Shown here piece by piece: positions 1 through 13,768 of a stretch of 64,000 nucleotides of DNA; within the stretch, counting starts at the first letter, position 1; the number at the start of each line of letters is the position of its first letter. This DNA comes from Octopus bimaculoides (Eukaryota): NCBI RefSeq assembly GCF_001194135.2, contig NC_068981.1, forward strand, positions 128,611,422-128,675,421, read 5' to 3'. The translations under genes were made by a program, and so were the position numbers. The notes beneath the pieces are model-generated. The model did no database searches, was not told where the DNA came from, and worked only from the letters and a program-made list of their open reading frames with translations.

Positions 1-345
1 AATTTGGCAGAGTTTCTACAGCTGGATGCCCTTCCTAACGCCAACCACTCAGAGAGTGTAGTGGGTGCTTTTACGTGTCACCCGCACGAAAACGGCCACA
101 CTCGAAATGGTGTCTTTTATGTGCCACCCGCACAAGCCAGTCCAGGGGCACTGGCAACGATCTCGCTCGAAAATCCTACGGGAGCCAGTCAGGCGGTACT
201 GGCAACGGCCACGCTCAAAATGGTGCATCTCATGTGCCACCCGCACAAGAGCCAGTCCAGGGGCACTGGCAACGATCTTACTTGGCTTGCCTGGTCTTCT
301 CATGCACAGCACATTTCCAAAGGTCTCGGTCAGTAGTCATCGCCT
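1..345 (-). mobile_element. RTE-clade LINE 3' fragment (ORF end plus modular 3' UTR), 5'-truncated
   Basis: Minus strand ends ...KTRQAK* (stop at 278-280), matching the RTE C-terminus at 14905-15200. The UTR matches the RTE tail at 18415-18550 and the copy at 36255-36361. Confidence 0.8.
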
Positions 346-1285
346 TATATATATAAAATTAAACAATAGGTTTGGAAATAACAGATGTTTTCCTTTCTCC
401 TACTTCTATCTTTTTTTCTTTTTTACCATCATCATGATAATCATCATGATCATTATCATCATCATCATTTTAATTTAATCTTTTATTTTCTTCACATCTT
501 ATTTTATTCCTATCATCCATCTTCTCATTTCCTTCTTTTTCATTTCTTTTATTTTTTCTTTTATTTACCCATTGTTCTTCTACAAAATTTTCTTTCTTTT
601 TCTTTTCCATTCTTTTTTCTCTGTCTTCTTCATGCAGTCTGTATATACCACCTCCGCCACTACCATCACAATACTTCATCCATCACTTCATGTTTGTTTT
701 CTTTTAAGACTAAATGTCACATTTCTTACGGGCTTAGTAAAAATCTTGAAGAGCAAGGAAATTAAGTGTCCATAAATACTTCCTTGTTCTGATATTTTAA
801 CTGGAGGAAGAGGAAATCTATTGAAGATTTACACTTATTTATTTGTTGAGTTTGTTTTAGAGAAATACTCCATAGACAGTTTGGTTAGCACTTCTACAAC
901 CGCTTGCAACTTTAAAACACAAACCACACCAACATAAAGAAGTGGCAAACCAGTGGCTTAAGTACCATTATATGTATGTATGTATTATGTATGTATTATG
1001 TGTGTGTGCGTGTGTGTGCATGCGTGTATGTTGTAATGGTATTGTTAGGTGAAGTCAGAGGTCACCAGTTATAACGGTAATTGTGATGATAATTGTTGGT
1101 TGTTGATAGTTAGCAATTTGTAACGGGTATTGATGTTGCAGATTTGCAAGATGAAAGAAGAACAGTGATCGAAGTTATAAACAAACATTTATTTACCGTT
1201 ATTTTGTATATAGTTAAAACCACAACAGGCTGGAATGATAAATTCGTAAAGCATGCGAAGTAACGATAGATTTTCCTTGTATAGT

Positions 1286-1503
1286 TTGCCAGGTCCGCCT
1301 GACTGGCTCCTGTGCTGGTGACACACAAAAACACCCACTACACTCTTGGAGTGGTTGGCATTAGGAAGGGCATCCAGCTGTAGAAACTTTACCAGATTAG
1401 ATTGGAGCCTGGTGCAGCCACTGGCTCTCCAGACCTCAGTCAAACCATTCAACCCATGCCAGCATGGAAAATGGATGTTAATCGATGATGATGATGACGA
1501 CGA

Positions 1504-1505
<2 letters not shown>
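1286..1505 (+). mobile_element. RTE 3' UTR fragment with (GAT)n tail
   Basis: AAGGGCATCCAGCTGTAGAAAC...CCATGCCAGCATGGAAAA...(GAT)n, same as 18415-18550. Similar fragments lie near 39500-39850, 43140-43440, 43690-43850, 52070-52260, 53850-54050, 55400-55620, 56190-56330 and 59740-59950. Confidence 0.75.
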
Positions 1506-1549
<44 letters not shown>

Positions 1550-1931
1550 TTATTTATTTATTTATATGGTAGGCTTCATTCAGCTTCCATCTGCCAAATC
1601 CACTCACAAGGCTTTGTTTATTTGTTCAGCCAGGCACTGTAGTAGAAGACACTTGCCCAAGTTGCTGCACAGTGGAACTGAATCCAAGACCATCTAATTG
1701 GGAAGTGAGCTTCTTACCTGCAGTCACACCTTTGATTTATGAACAACATTTTGTACAAAGATGTCAAACAATCTTCTAGACAACTAGTCTCTCCTGTATA
1801 TTGTAGTGTTTTGGAATTACCATTGTTTTCACTAATTAAACAGTTGCACTAATTATTAATCATTTCTCTAATCTCTAATTATTTATTTATGAGTATCAAA
1901 GCTTTTCACCACATAATATCAGATCGAAATC

Positions 1932-2004
<73 letters not shown>

Positions 2005-2049
2005 CTAATCCAAAATCGTTTCTAATACACCAGATTGTTTTATTTTCAG

Positions 2050-2220
2050 GCCTGAATCATGAATTGGGTAACTCTCCTCACTTTATGACTATATATCCAA
2101 AACGAAACATAGATGGAAAAGTAAAATGGTCAAATTTAACAATATTTCGAGAATTATCATGCACAGCATCTGGCTCTGTAATTCAAAAGCCGTCCAGAAC
2201 TTCTTCCGATAGTACTCAAC
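2050..2220 (+). CDS. Candidate internal coding exon of an unidentified gene (phase 1-1, 171 nt)
   Basis: Acceptor TTTTATTTTCAG, donor GTATGT. Only one frame is open: GLNHELGNSPHFMTIYPKRNIDGKVKWSNLTIFRELSCTASGSVIQKPSRTSSDSTQ. Non-repetitive. No homologue recognised. Confidence 0.5.
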
Positions 2221-2742
2221 GTATGTTATTTTCCTTTTTATCTCACTATTTTTTTTTTTTTTGAGATAGTGACTGGGTTGTGTTTTAAGTTTTCTATTAT
2301 TAAATAACTTATCTAATATGATTGTTAATATCACACAAGAGTTTTGGTGTGAGCTAAACCTGTTGGAATCTATCTCTTTCTTGAAACAATTTGTGCAAAT
2401 GAACAAAGCACTTGTCAATTATACAGACCTTCTCATTTTATGATTATGAATTGTACTTACTCATGTAACAGTTTATAACTACTGAATTGAACCTTTGCAA
2501 GTTAAGTTTCACTGTTGATACATGGCAGTACTGATGATAGAATACAAACTATTGACCTACAGTCAGTATCCAATCAACTCAAAGAGAAGCAGACCTCCAT
2601 CTGTCTGTCCATTACAACATCTACTAGAGGGATGGAAAGAAGGGGAGGAATCAAAATATACATAATGTGTCTTTAGAAAAAGTGGAAAAGAAAAATTTGT
2701 TGTTGAGAACTGTAGTGTGAGAGAGAGAGAGTATGAGTGTGG

Positions 2743-2803
<61 letters not shown>

Positions 2804-3405
2804 TGTTGTCATCATAATAACTAACAAGTTTTGATTAGAAAGATGGTAATCTGAAATGCAAGTCTTTCAAACCAATGCAACACAGCTTATAAAAAAAGAC
2901 CCACTATAATAACAGGTTGTTGTTGTTGAGAGAGAAATTCAGTGTGAGAGAGAGAGAGTGTGTGTATGTGAAAGATAGAAGTAAAATTTGTTTCAAGAAA
3001 AAACAGGTTATTGTTGTTAAGAGAGAAATACATTGAGAGAGAGGAGAGAGAGAGTGTGGGTAAAAGGTAGAGATAGATAGACTATTGTCACCATAGTAAG
3101 TAACAAGATTTTCATTACATAACAGTTTACTGTTAAAAGAAGGTACATGCATAATTAACAAATATTTTTACCAGCAACATAGTAATGGATGAAATTTTAT
3201 AAAGTATCAAAGTGCATAATAAGATGCTTGTTACCACGCACCAAAAAAGGCATGATGTCATGAAAAATTTAGAAACCAGATCAGAACAGACCAACTATTA
3301 GAATCTGGTACTGTTTGTGAATGGCAAGTTTGCTAGCCAAAATATCTCAATCAGTTTGTTTTGTCAAGTACAAGTCATTAAGTCAATAAGTAAATGACCC
3401 CTTAA

Positions 3406-3628
3406 CTCTTTTGTTACCTTATTTCTGTTGAAACCACTGCTTTTGTTTCAATTAATTTTGAAAGCAATGAAGAATTTAGTGAAATAAATTCTGTCATTAT
3501 TAAGCTGGTGTTTTGGAACATAAATTAATATAAAATTTTGATAGAAGGTTTTAATTAAGATCTCTTTGAATTAGGAAGTTTGTATCATAGATTCAAGGGT
3601 GATCTCAAGCGAGTTGACATGAAAAGGG
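3406..3628. mobile_element. piggyBac-type MITE
   Basis: TTAA at 3402-3405 and 3629-3632; short TIRs CTCTTTT / AAAAGGG. A second copy lies inverted at 54808-55014. Confidence 0.7.
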
Positions 3629-4961
3629 TTAAACCATATTGGAATCAGCTCAAATTGCTAAACATCAAAATTTGTTGCTTTAGATTATACAGCATGATTC
3701 TTAAGTATCTAAGAACATGGGAACTTTTAAATTAACAGATAAATAATGATTTCTTTTGATTAGACACAAAGACAATTTTTACAAGAGATGTGAATAGCCA
3801 ATTGAATCAACACCTGCATATTCCTGGTACCAGTAATATGAGACTATGAGCCTCCATTGCACAGTCTCAGGAGACACCTGAGCATAGGCTGCATCAATTA
3901 GATGATGAGCACACAAAAGCCTCCATCACACAGACTCAGCAGACAATGTCATATTCTAGTTCAAATGACCTCAATTTCCAGTAAGTCTTACTTTTGCCAT
4001 GACTACCAACAAATCAAAAGGGCAAACATTTCTGGCTGCTGGTTTACACCTTGAAGAGCCCTGCCTTCAGCCATGGTCAGCTTCACGTTACATGTTGAAG
4101 AGTAGGAAGTAAGAAAAATCTTTACATCTATTCACTAAATGGAAAAACAAAAAAACTTCATTTATTGAGACATTATAAATTGACCCTAAAGGCAATACTG
4201 AAACAAGTAAAAGAAAAAAGAATAAAACAATATATATATATTAGCTGAATTGCCCATTATTGCTGAGCAATTTTCATAATGGAATACCTTTATTTCAATT
4301 ATTTTATTCCCTGTCAGACCATGTCTTCTGTGACAGGTGTTTTGATCAACTATCAGTATATAAGTATTTACCATATGTATCAATGGCTGAATCAGCAAAA
4401 TGGTAATGTGAATGTCATAAAATAATGAAGGCGGCTATATGCAATATAAAACCAAAAAGAAAAAATTCAATGTCATTAATTGTGACTGACAGTATATGTA
4501 AGGATGTTTGCTTGTATGTATGTATGTTTGTATGTATGTATGTGCATTTGTATGTTTGTATTCATGCATGTATGTATGTTTTTATGCATGCGCATGTCTT
4601 TGTACATGTGTTTGTCCCCCACCATCACTTGACACTGACATTGCTTTGTTTACATCCCCATAACTTAATGGTTTGATAAAAGAGACTGATAGAGTAAGTA
4701 CCATGCTTAAAAATAAGTACTTGGGTTGATTTGTTCAACTAAACCCATCAAAGCAGTGCCCCAGCATGGCCACAGTTCAATGACTGAAACAAGTAAAAGA
4801 TAAAAGAAAGATAATCACATGTTTGAACCTACAGTAAGTTTTTCTTTATGATCTTTTTCTGGTTCATATCTTTGGTACATATTAGATGTGCAATTCAGTT
4901 CACTGTCATGCAAAGTTACAAAATCCTCCAGTATGTATAAATTGAGAATTTTTATGTAATT

Positions 4962-5370
4962 GGCGCAGGAGTGGCTGTGTGGTAAGTAGCTTGCTTACCA
5001 ACCACATGGTTCCGGGTTCAGTCCCACTGCGTGGCACCTTAGGCAAGTGTCTTCTACTATAGCCTCGGGCCGACCAAAGCCTTGTGAGTGGATTTGATAG
5101 ACGGAAACTGAAAGAAGCCTGTCGTATATATGTATATATATATATATTATATGTGTGTGTTTGTGTGTCTGTGTTTGTCCCCCCACCATCGCTTGACAAC
5201 CGATGCTGGTGTGTTTACGTCCCCATAACTTAGCGGTTCGGCAAAAAGAGACCGTTAGAATAAGTACTAGGCTTCCAAAGAATAAGTCGTGGGGTTGGTT
5301 TTCTCGATTAAAGGCGGTGCTCCAGCATGGCTGCAGTCAAATGACTGAAACAAGTAAAAGAGTAAAAGAG
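4962..5370 (+). mobile_element. tRNA-derived CORE-like SINE (family A), full length, with internal microsatellite and (AGTAAAAG)n tail
   Basis: tRNA-like head TGGCTGTGTGG...GGTTCAGTCCC, CORE-like CCTTAGGCAAGTG, TA/TG tract and a conserved 3' half. Many copies in the window. Confidence 0.8.
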
Positions 5371-6772
5371 GATACTATCTGATTTCTTCATAAATTCTAC
5401 AACTGTCTTTGAAGGCTTGCTATTATTCTAAATTTATTTATCAAGTGAGTGAGTAGTATATTAGTCAAAAGAAAACAAAAATACACTACAAAGGAAAATT
5501 AGATGCAACATATCAGGAAAATGGCATAAATTAAGAATCAAGTATGTATACATTATTTAATGGTTACCAGAAAACTGCCCAGAGGGCAATGTTTCTGCTA
5601 GTTCTGTCCAATGTTGTAACAACTTGGCCAATTTGCTACCTATTGATAAATACATAATAAAAATTTAAACAAAGAATTAACAGAGATATAAGTAGCTAGG
5701 TAGTGACAGAGCAGCAACACCACAACAATTTCACAAACAATCAGTAAATCTGTTGAAATAATATTTTATTATCCCACAGTTATATTTGATAACTACTTAT
5801 TTTAAATTCATTTTATGGAGAACATTTTCATATACTTGTTACAAAGCAATGTAAACAAATAATGTTTACAATGGAAAATATGTTTTTTTTTCAATACAGT
5901 ACAGTAATTAATCTTTTTCTTATATCATTAATAAATCTACTATTTACTCTCTACATAAGTCTGTTTGGTGCTGATAATTTTTTGTGCTTGCCATAGCCTA
6001 TGGAATAATCTGTATATTGTGTTCCAAATGTTCTTTAATTTGATAAGCAATGTGGTAACTATACAGAATATATTGTTTGATAACAATATATTTTACATTG
6101 TTTCTACATTCCGCATATTTATACTTTTACTAATATATATTTCCAAAGTGCTGTATTATATTTTCCAATGTTTTTTTTTCTTGTTCCTACATTTAATGTT
6201 TTGATTGCTTTTCACCCCTCTCACTTGCACCAATTGAGAATTCTATTTTGTTTGTCTTTACAGAATATTTGCTGATTGCGCATGATATTTCTTATCCTAC
6301 TTTTCTAAATCGCCAACTCAGATCCACCTACTTAAAAATTTATATGAATCAAAAGAAAGTCTCATTCTCAAAACAAGTGTGATTCTGATGTGTGTCTTCT
6401 ATATTTGTTAATGGTATTCACACTTGTTCAGAGTAAATTTCAATAGAAATACAGATGTGATTCTACTTGTAGCTGTGAATACTTTAAGCTATTTCAAGAG
6501 ATATTTTAATGAAGAAATCCTTGGGGAAGATTCTCAGCATATCTTTGCATGTATATATTACACAAAAATAAATAACATACCATTATTTTATCAGTTTCAT
6601 TCATATGAGATATTTGGTTTTATAATATTTATTTTCCTTTCAATCAATAAAAAGCATAATTTTTTTAATTGTTATAATGACAAAGAGAAATAAATAACTT
6701 TGATGAAAATAAAACACTTTTTCTTAATTGTGTTGCTTTTACATGTTAAGGCGTACTATATTTGCCAGTATA

Positions 6773-7658
6773 TGAAGTGGTATGAAAAAGTTCCTGGACT
6801 AGTTCTGTAGCATGCCAACAGATGACAGCACATGGTTGCATGCTCAGTGGGAGCTAGCAGTGACCTTCATGAGGCAGTGTTCCGAGTAACATTGCTGTGT
6901 TAATTTTGTGGCTTGTGAAATTTGTGTTTTTGTGATCATGTGTATGCTATAGTCTGCAATTTTTGTCATATACAAAGAGCCAACATGAAATTTTGCATTA
7001 AACTTGGGAAGTCTGCTACAGAGACATCGAGCATACTTTGACAACATTTACAGTGATGAGGCAATGGGCCATACGCAATGGGCCATACGTAATGGGCCAT
7101 ATGTAATGGGCCATACGCAATGGCACAGGTATTTCAAAAACGGAAGAGCATCCCTGGAAGATCAACCATGGGCATAACCCCTAGAAACATGGAGAAAATT
7201 CATCAGCTTGTGTATAAGGATCATCGGAGGACAATCAACAAGCATTTGAGGAAGGATATTCAATGAAAGCAAGTGGATCTGTGGAGTGTGAGGAATTGCA
7301 TTGTTCATGATGACAATGCAACCTGTCACTAAGTTCTCCTCACTTGTGAGTTTCTTGTCAAAAACAACATCATATTGCTTCTACACCCACCCTATTCATT
7401 AGATTTAGCACCTGTGGACTTCCATCTCTTCCCCAAGATGAAAATGCAGCTCAAAGGTCACTGTTTTAACACCATTGTGTAGATCCAGTGTGAATCGCAG
7501 AAGGTCTTTGATTCGCTTACAGAAAATTACTTCCAGGCCAGATTCCAAATGTGGCAGGAATGCTGGGACTGGTGTATTGCTGCACAAGATGACTATTTCG
7601 AAGGAGATGATATTAAAACTTAGGTAAATAAGTCTGGGAACTTTTTGATACCAACTTG
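6773..7658 (+). mobile_element. Internally deleted mariner element
   Basis: TIRs TGAAGTGGTATGAAAAAGTTCCTGGACT / AGTCTGGGAACTTTTTGATACCAACTTG, TA on both sides. Decayed transposase motifs (MKFCIKLGKSATET, HDDNA, DLAPVDFHLFPKMK). Confidence 0.85.
7061..7122 (+). repeat. 14-bp tandem repeat GCAATGGGCCATAC x4.4 inside the mariner
   Basis: Units read directly at 7061, 7075, 7089, 7103 and a partial at 7117. Confidence 0.9.
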
Positions 7659-8486
7659 TATAAGACATGTCTTTTTCATTTTTAAAAGTCTCAAAACATT
7701 TCCAGTATTTAATGTGGTTGTATTACTCATGGGTGACTGAGTGTTGTAAGCTAGAGAGTGGGATAAACATAAGTCCACAAGGTACAATAAGTGTTACTAA
7801 TAATAAAATATTGATTTCAAATTTTGGTACAAGACCAGCAGTTTCAGGGGAGGGAGTACATCAATTACATCGACTCCAGTGCTCAACTGGTACTTATTTA
7901 ATTGACCCTGAAAGGATGAAAGGTAAAGTCGACCGTGACAGAATTTGAACTCATAATGTAGACAGATGAAATGCTGCTAAGCATTTTACCCAGCATGCTA
8001 ATAATTCTGCCATCTTGCCACCTTTACTAATAATAATATATTGAAAACAAGCCAAAATATCAGTCTTACCAAAAATACTGTTTATATTATGTCATCAGTT
8101 ATATGGAGAGATCACATCATCTGATTATACCTCCTGCCCCATCATATATAACACTCATCTGATAATGTGCCTTATGTTATTTAGTAACTGTATTACTTTT
8201 AAGAAATATTTTAAAGTTATCTAAATGAAAATTCTCCCAGGGAGATGAAAGGAATGTTAAACTTTCATCCCTCATGTCAGTTATTTGCAATGAATGGATG
8301 ACAACAAAAACATAATGGTGGTGTGCCACTCTGGTGGCTGATCACAGTTACAAAATACATCATTGTCAAAAATATAAGTTTTACATCCTGTATGGCAATT
8401 CTTTTGACCAACATATAAAACACAATACAGTTAGTCTAAAAGAAAATGAAGTTGAAATATGATACTTGCATAACATAGTTAATATA

Positions 8487-8693
8487 CGAGGGGGTGCTGA
8501 AAAGTTCTTGGCTTTAAGGATATTGCAAAAGCCTGTTTGGAGGCCCAACCTTCCGAGTTCTTTTACAGGGCTTAGAAAAAAACTGAAGGACCGCTGTAAT
8601 AGGTATGTGAATCTGAGGGGAATATGTTGAATAAAATTATAACTCTTGTATTTTCTTTTACCCCAAATCCAAGAACTTTTCAGCACCTCCTCA
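8487..8693. mobile_element. mariner-derived MITE (207 bp)
   Basis: About 29-bp TIRs CGAGGGGGTGCTGAAAAGTTCTTGGCTTT / AAATCCAAGAACTTTTCAGCACCTCCTCA with TA on both sides. Confidence 0.85.
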
Positions 8694-8707
8694 TATATGA
8701 TGAATAA

Positions 8708-8928
8708 GGTGATGAGTTGGCAGAATTGTTAACATATCAGGCAAACACAGGCAAAATGCTTAGCAGCATTTCATCCATCTTTACATCCTGGGTTCAAATG
8801 CTGTTGGGGTCAGCTTTGCTTATCATCCTTTCAGGGTCAATAAAATAAATACCACTCAAGCACTGGAGTCGATTTAACTGACTTAGGCCTTCCTGAAATT
8901 GCTGGCCTTGTGCCAGAATTTGAAACCA
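8708..8928 (+). mobile_element. SINE family B (central GCCTTTCATCCTTTCGGGGTCGATAAA domain, possibly MetaSINE-like)
   Basis: Shared domain with copies at about 7810-8020(-), 9345-9557, 13025-13200(-), 21830-22035(-), 33527-33920, 39175-39400, 44540-44720 and 48265-48440. The Meta-domain assignment is from memory. Confidence 0.65.
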
Positions 8929-9971
8929 ATATATATTTATGGTTTCATACTTTATTGCAATAAACTATTACGGCATTGCACTTACATGCACAGAATCATA
9001 CATTTTCCCCTACATAACCACTTTGAAATACCTTTCAATAAGTGTATGATGAAACATTAAATTTGTTTGTGTTTCTTCTCCACAAGATATAGTTGTAAAA
9101 CAGGGGTGCATCTTACATTAGAGTGCATCTTAAATGCCAACAAACAGTATTTTCCAGTTTATATTATTAATTATTATAAAGGTGTATAACATCAAACTTT
9201 TATATAATACATTAGCAGCTGTACTCAGGCTTATCCTTAGTTTATAAATACCTAAAATAAATACAATCACATGAGTTCACTATATTTTTTATTTGGGATA
9301 AATTGTTTTGAAAAGATGCTGACAATATTCAGTTGGTCTATGGAGACAAGCTGGCAGAATCGTTACTGCACTAAACAAAATGTTTAGTAGTATTTCTCCT
9401 GACTTTACATCCTGAGTTCAAGTGCCACTGGTATCAGCTTTACCTTTCATCCTTTCAAGGTTGACAAAATAAGTGCCAGTTGAGTACTGGGGTCAATATA
9501 ATTGACTTATTCCCTCCACCGAAATTGCTGGCCTTGTGCCAAAATTTAAAATCAATATTCAGTTGGTCTGGAAATGCTGAATTCACTGAGAACTGTTGTA
9601 TTTATGCAAATAATTCAGATGGCTTAAGTTGAACTTCATAAAAATGTGCCAAAGCAAAAAAAAGATCTCAAACAAACAAACGTGACCTCTATAACAGACT
9701 AAGTTAATAGTCATTGAAAAGGTTGCAAGAAGCAACAAAAAAGCTTTGTCAAACAAAGACACAACAATTGGATATTTGATAAATAAGTGGAATTGAACCA
9801 GTGTGTGTGTGTGTTAATTATATTGGCATAATAACTCTAACTAGACACAACAAAGTAAACAAATATAGAGCATAAAACAAATTATTGCTCTTACATTTTT
9901 TTCCTTGGAAAATTGAATTAGCTTTCTAACCAAAAACATTTTCTGATACCTGTTGTAGTGCTTGAGAATAT

Positions 9972-10545
9972 CTTTTATTTTTTACTTGTTTCAATCACTG
10001 GATTGTGGCCATGCTGGGGCACTACCTTGAAGGATTTTTGTCGAACAAATCAACCCTAGTGCCTATATTTTAAGTCTGGTATTTATTCAACCAGTCTTTT
10101 TTGCCAAACTGCTAAGTTATGGGAATGTAAACAAACCAGCACCAATTGTCAAACAGTGATTGGAGACAAAGACAAACACACACACACACACATGTATTCA
10201 ATGTGCTTCTTTCAGTTTCCATCTACCAAATTTACTCAAAGCTTTGGTTGGCCCAAGGCTATAGTAGAAAACAGTTGCCCACGGTTCCACACAGTGGGAC
10301 TGAGCCTAGAACCATGTGGTTTAGAAACAAGCTTCTTACCACACAGCATATATATATGTGTGCGTGTGTGTGTGTGCAATGGGCTTCTTTCAGTTTCTGT
10401 CTTCCAAATCTATTCACAAAGCTTTGTTTGGCCTGGGACTATAGTAGAAGACTTTTACCCAAGGAGCCAAACAGTGGGACTGAACCCAAAGCCATACAAA
10501 TGAGGAGCAAACTTCTCTTACCACACAACCACACCTGCACCTAAA
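9972..10545 (-). mobile_element. Family A SINE plus a second head fragment
   Basis: Reverse-complement match to 4962-5370, with the head repeated at about 10380-10545. Confidence 0.7.
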
Positions 10546-13273
10546 ATATTCTTGGTGTTTCAGTCTGGAGCTAAAAAAAAAAAAGCTATCTAGGTGCATA
10601 ACTATGGCCTATAACTTGAACATACATACATTTGCTTTTATATTACGAGATTATTAGTAGATCTGGGTTTTCATAACTGAATGGTATTAATTGTTGTAAA
10701 TGCTTGACTGAAAATGATAAATTAGCAATGACAATAATTAGTTACTAAATCATGCTACTAACAACTTCTAACCTAATATATCTGTTATCAGCTATGAGAT
10801 ATTAAATTAACGCAATAGCTGCAAGATTATGGAGCTAAACAACTTATCACAGTCATAAGCTCAAATTTGATGAGTTTGGTGCATGTGTGTGTGGTGTGTG
10901 TCTATGTGTGTGAGAGAAAGAGAGAGAAATGTAATGTGCACATAATTCTTTGTCTCTCGAATTAAACAGGTTCCAGCATTGCTTCCTATTAAATGAAGAA
11001 TAATATCCAGCTCTAAAATCACTTTCTTTTATAATTAAAATGACAGTGTCTCTACGTGGTGGATCAACTTGTAAGAAATAGCAACAAGAATTCCCTCAAA
11101 TTGCATACAACCCTCTTAAAAAGGTGTACATTGGATAATGGAGTCTGAAAAAAATGTATCAGACAACATTATCTCATATACACATTGGATATTGTAGTCT
11201 GTACCCCAAAAATATAGAGGTGAGGCTCATGGCTGGAATGCCTTCGATCGCAAGTATGCTAGATCACAACAAACATGGGGTTAAACAGTTGTAGCAATTT
11301 GAAAATACCAATGATGGAGCCTTTTCTTCAGCACTCAACCTACAAGAAATTGCAGCCAAATCTCTCTCAAATCTTATCCTACATTAGACATGACTGAATT
11401 AAAGAATAAGATGATCACATTGGGCCATCTTTGATCATAAGCCTGATAGATCAGAACTGACTGTATATTAAATAATAGCATAATTTTTTTAATTGCTTGC
11501 TCAAGAGGAAAGGCAGTACTCGCGTACCAATTCAGGGCCTCCAAGACTGGTGAGAAGGTGGAAGCTTTCCTCAAAAGAGACCTTATCTCAAATGCTTAGT
11601 AACAGATGAACTCCACTAAAATCGCCCAAGTTGCTAGATGGTGGTGTTAAGCTGGGCAAGAGATTATGTCTGTCACCCAAATAGACTACAGCAGGATTTG
11701 AACCCAGGATGCAAACAGCAAGAACAAATACTGTAGGGCACCCCATCCACTGTTATAACAATCTCACCAGTCCTCTGCCTGAGACTAGTATATTATTTAT
11801 CAACCCTTGAAGGATGACTTGTAAAGATGACCTCAGCAGGAACTGCAAAACATTTTATTCAATGCTCCAAACACTTCTGCCAATTCACCACTTTGTGAGA
11901 TACCAAAAGTTATGAAATCGTGTCCTATTTATATGAGAATAGTGTGCACAGTAGGTGAAGTGAGAACTGTAACAGATTAATGAGAAATCATAACTTTGGT
12001 TGTTTTCATGTTCATCAGTCAGAGCGATGAAGGCCATCTGGTCACCCGTAAGGATGGCTAATAACTCGCACAGTGACTTTGTTTAAAGTGAAGAAGAGTT
12101 GCATGCTGTCAACTTCGCTCTCTTGTTCCTGACCGTCTAGTGGTAAGATTAGGTCAAGATGACTATGGATAAAAAGACAAATACAGTGGATAACCAAAAT
12201 GTCTTACTTGCCTCTTCTTGCTTTCTGCACTCCACAATGCACTGCTGCAGCCACTTTCCACTCCATTAAACCATGAATCTTTCTTCCACAGATTGCTAGA
12301 TGACTAGATAAAGTGATAAGTAAGTTCTAAGTTTGATAACACTATGTAACACAATTTTTGTTGTTGGGTAACAACTGCTATTTCCTATTTGCATATCCTT
12401 AGATACTACAAAAATGGCTAATATTTCCTTCAAACTTTGCTTTTGTTACATTTATTCAAACCCCAAAGAATCTCTCTCAACACATGGCTATGCTGCTCCT
12501 CCACTACTCCTGCTCATGATCAGAGATGCACATATTGTCAGCCACTAAGTGGTTAAGGTCAAGCAATTAACAAGTAAATTTGTGGTACTGAGCAGAATAT
12601 TTGCTTCAGCAGCTCATCGCTGAATGTGTTTGAAATATAATGAAAAATAGCCCAAAAGCAAAGTTTGAAAGGTATAGTAGTCATGTCCTTTGATTTCCAG
12701 ATAGAAGCAAATAGGAAATAACACTTACTGGCCAAAAACAAAACAAATTAAAATTTTGCTACACAATGTAATTATTATCAAAGGCGAGGTTGAGAAAAGT
12801 TGAAGAAAAGAATGTCTCTGTTGACAGTAAATATTTCTCTTACTTACCCAAGTCTTGTGAATGAAATTGGCAAGTTAGAAATTGCGTGAAAGCCTTTTGG
12901 ATAGTCTATCACACTGATTCTTCTTTAAAGATTACATTAAGGATCTATTTACTTACATTTACTCTTTCTCTCTCTCTCTCTCTCTCTCGTCATCATCATC
13001 ATCATTTGATGTTTGTTTTCCTTGCTAATAATTCTGGTGGGAGGGAGCTAGTCGATTACATCAACCCAGTGCACAACTGGTATTTATTTTATTGATGAAA
13101 GGATGAGAGGCAAAGTCAACCTCAGCAGAATTTGAACAACAGGTGAAATGCTGCCAAGCATTTTATCCAGAACAGTGAGGGTTCTGTCAACTCACCACCT
13201 TACTTAGAACCTGCCACCCAACCTAGTATGAGCACTCATCCAGTACGTCTTATGTTAACTCACTCTGTTTCAT

Positions 13274-13334
<61 letters not shown>

Positions 13335-13409
13335 ATACAATGTAAAGCATAACTGGAGAAATCAATCACCCAACCAGCATTTACGTAAGCTATTATATAT
13401 GTATATGTA

Positions 13410-13768
13410 GGTGCAAGAGTGGCTGTGTAGTAAGTAGCTTGCTTACCAACCACATGGTTCTGAATTCAGTCCCACTGTGTAGCACCTTGGGCAAGTGTCT
13501 TCTATTATAGCCTTGGGCTGACCAAAACCTTCTGAGTGGATTTGGTAGACAGAAACTGAAAGAAGCCCATCGTGTGTGTGTGTGTTTGTGTGTCTGTGTT
13601 TGTCCCCCAAACATCACTTGACAACCAATGCTGGTTTGTTTACATCCCTGTAACTTAGTGGTTTGGCAAAAGAGATCAATAGAATAAGTACTAGGCTTAC
13701 AAAGAATAAGTCCTGACTAAAGGCAGTGTTCCAGTATGGCTGCAGTCAAATGACTGAAACAAGTAAAA

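Noticed and set aside
91-277. CRISPR-like repeat-spacer pattern
   Set aside because: Eukaryotic context, only two modules, and part of a LINE UTR.
6263-6380. Exon candidate EYLLIAHDISYPTFLNRQ...
   Set aside because: Good acceptor but weak donor with an immediate stop, and no recognisable homology; not supportable without RNA data.
12205-12295. Minus-strand exon candidate with a GTAAGA donor
   Set aside because: Poor acceptor, two open frames, no homology and no partner exons.
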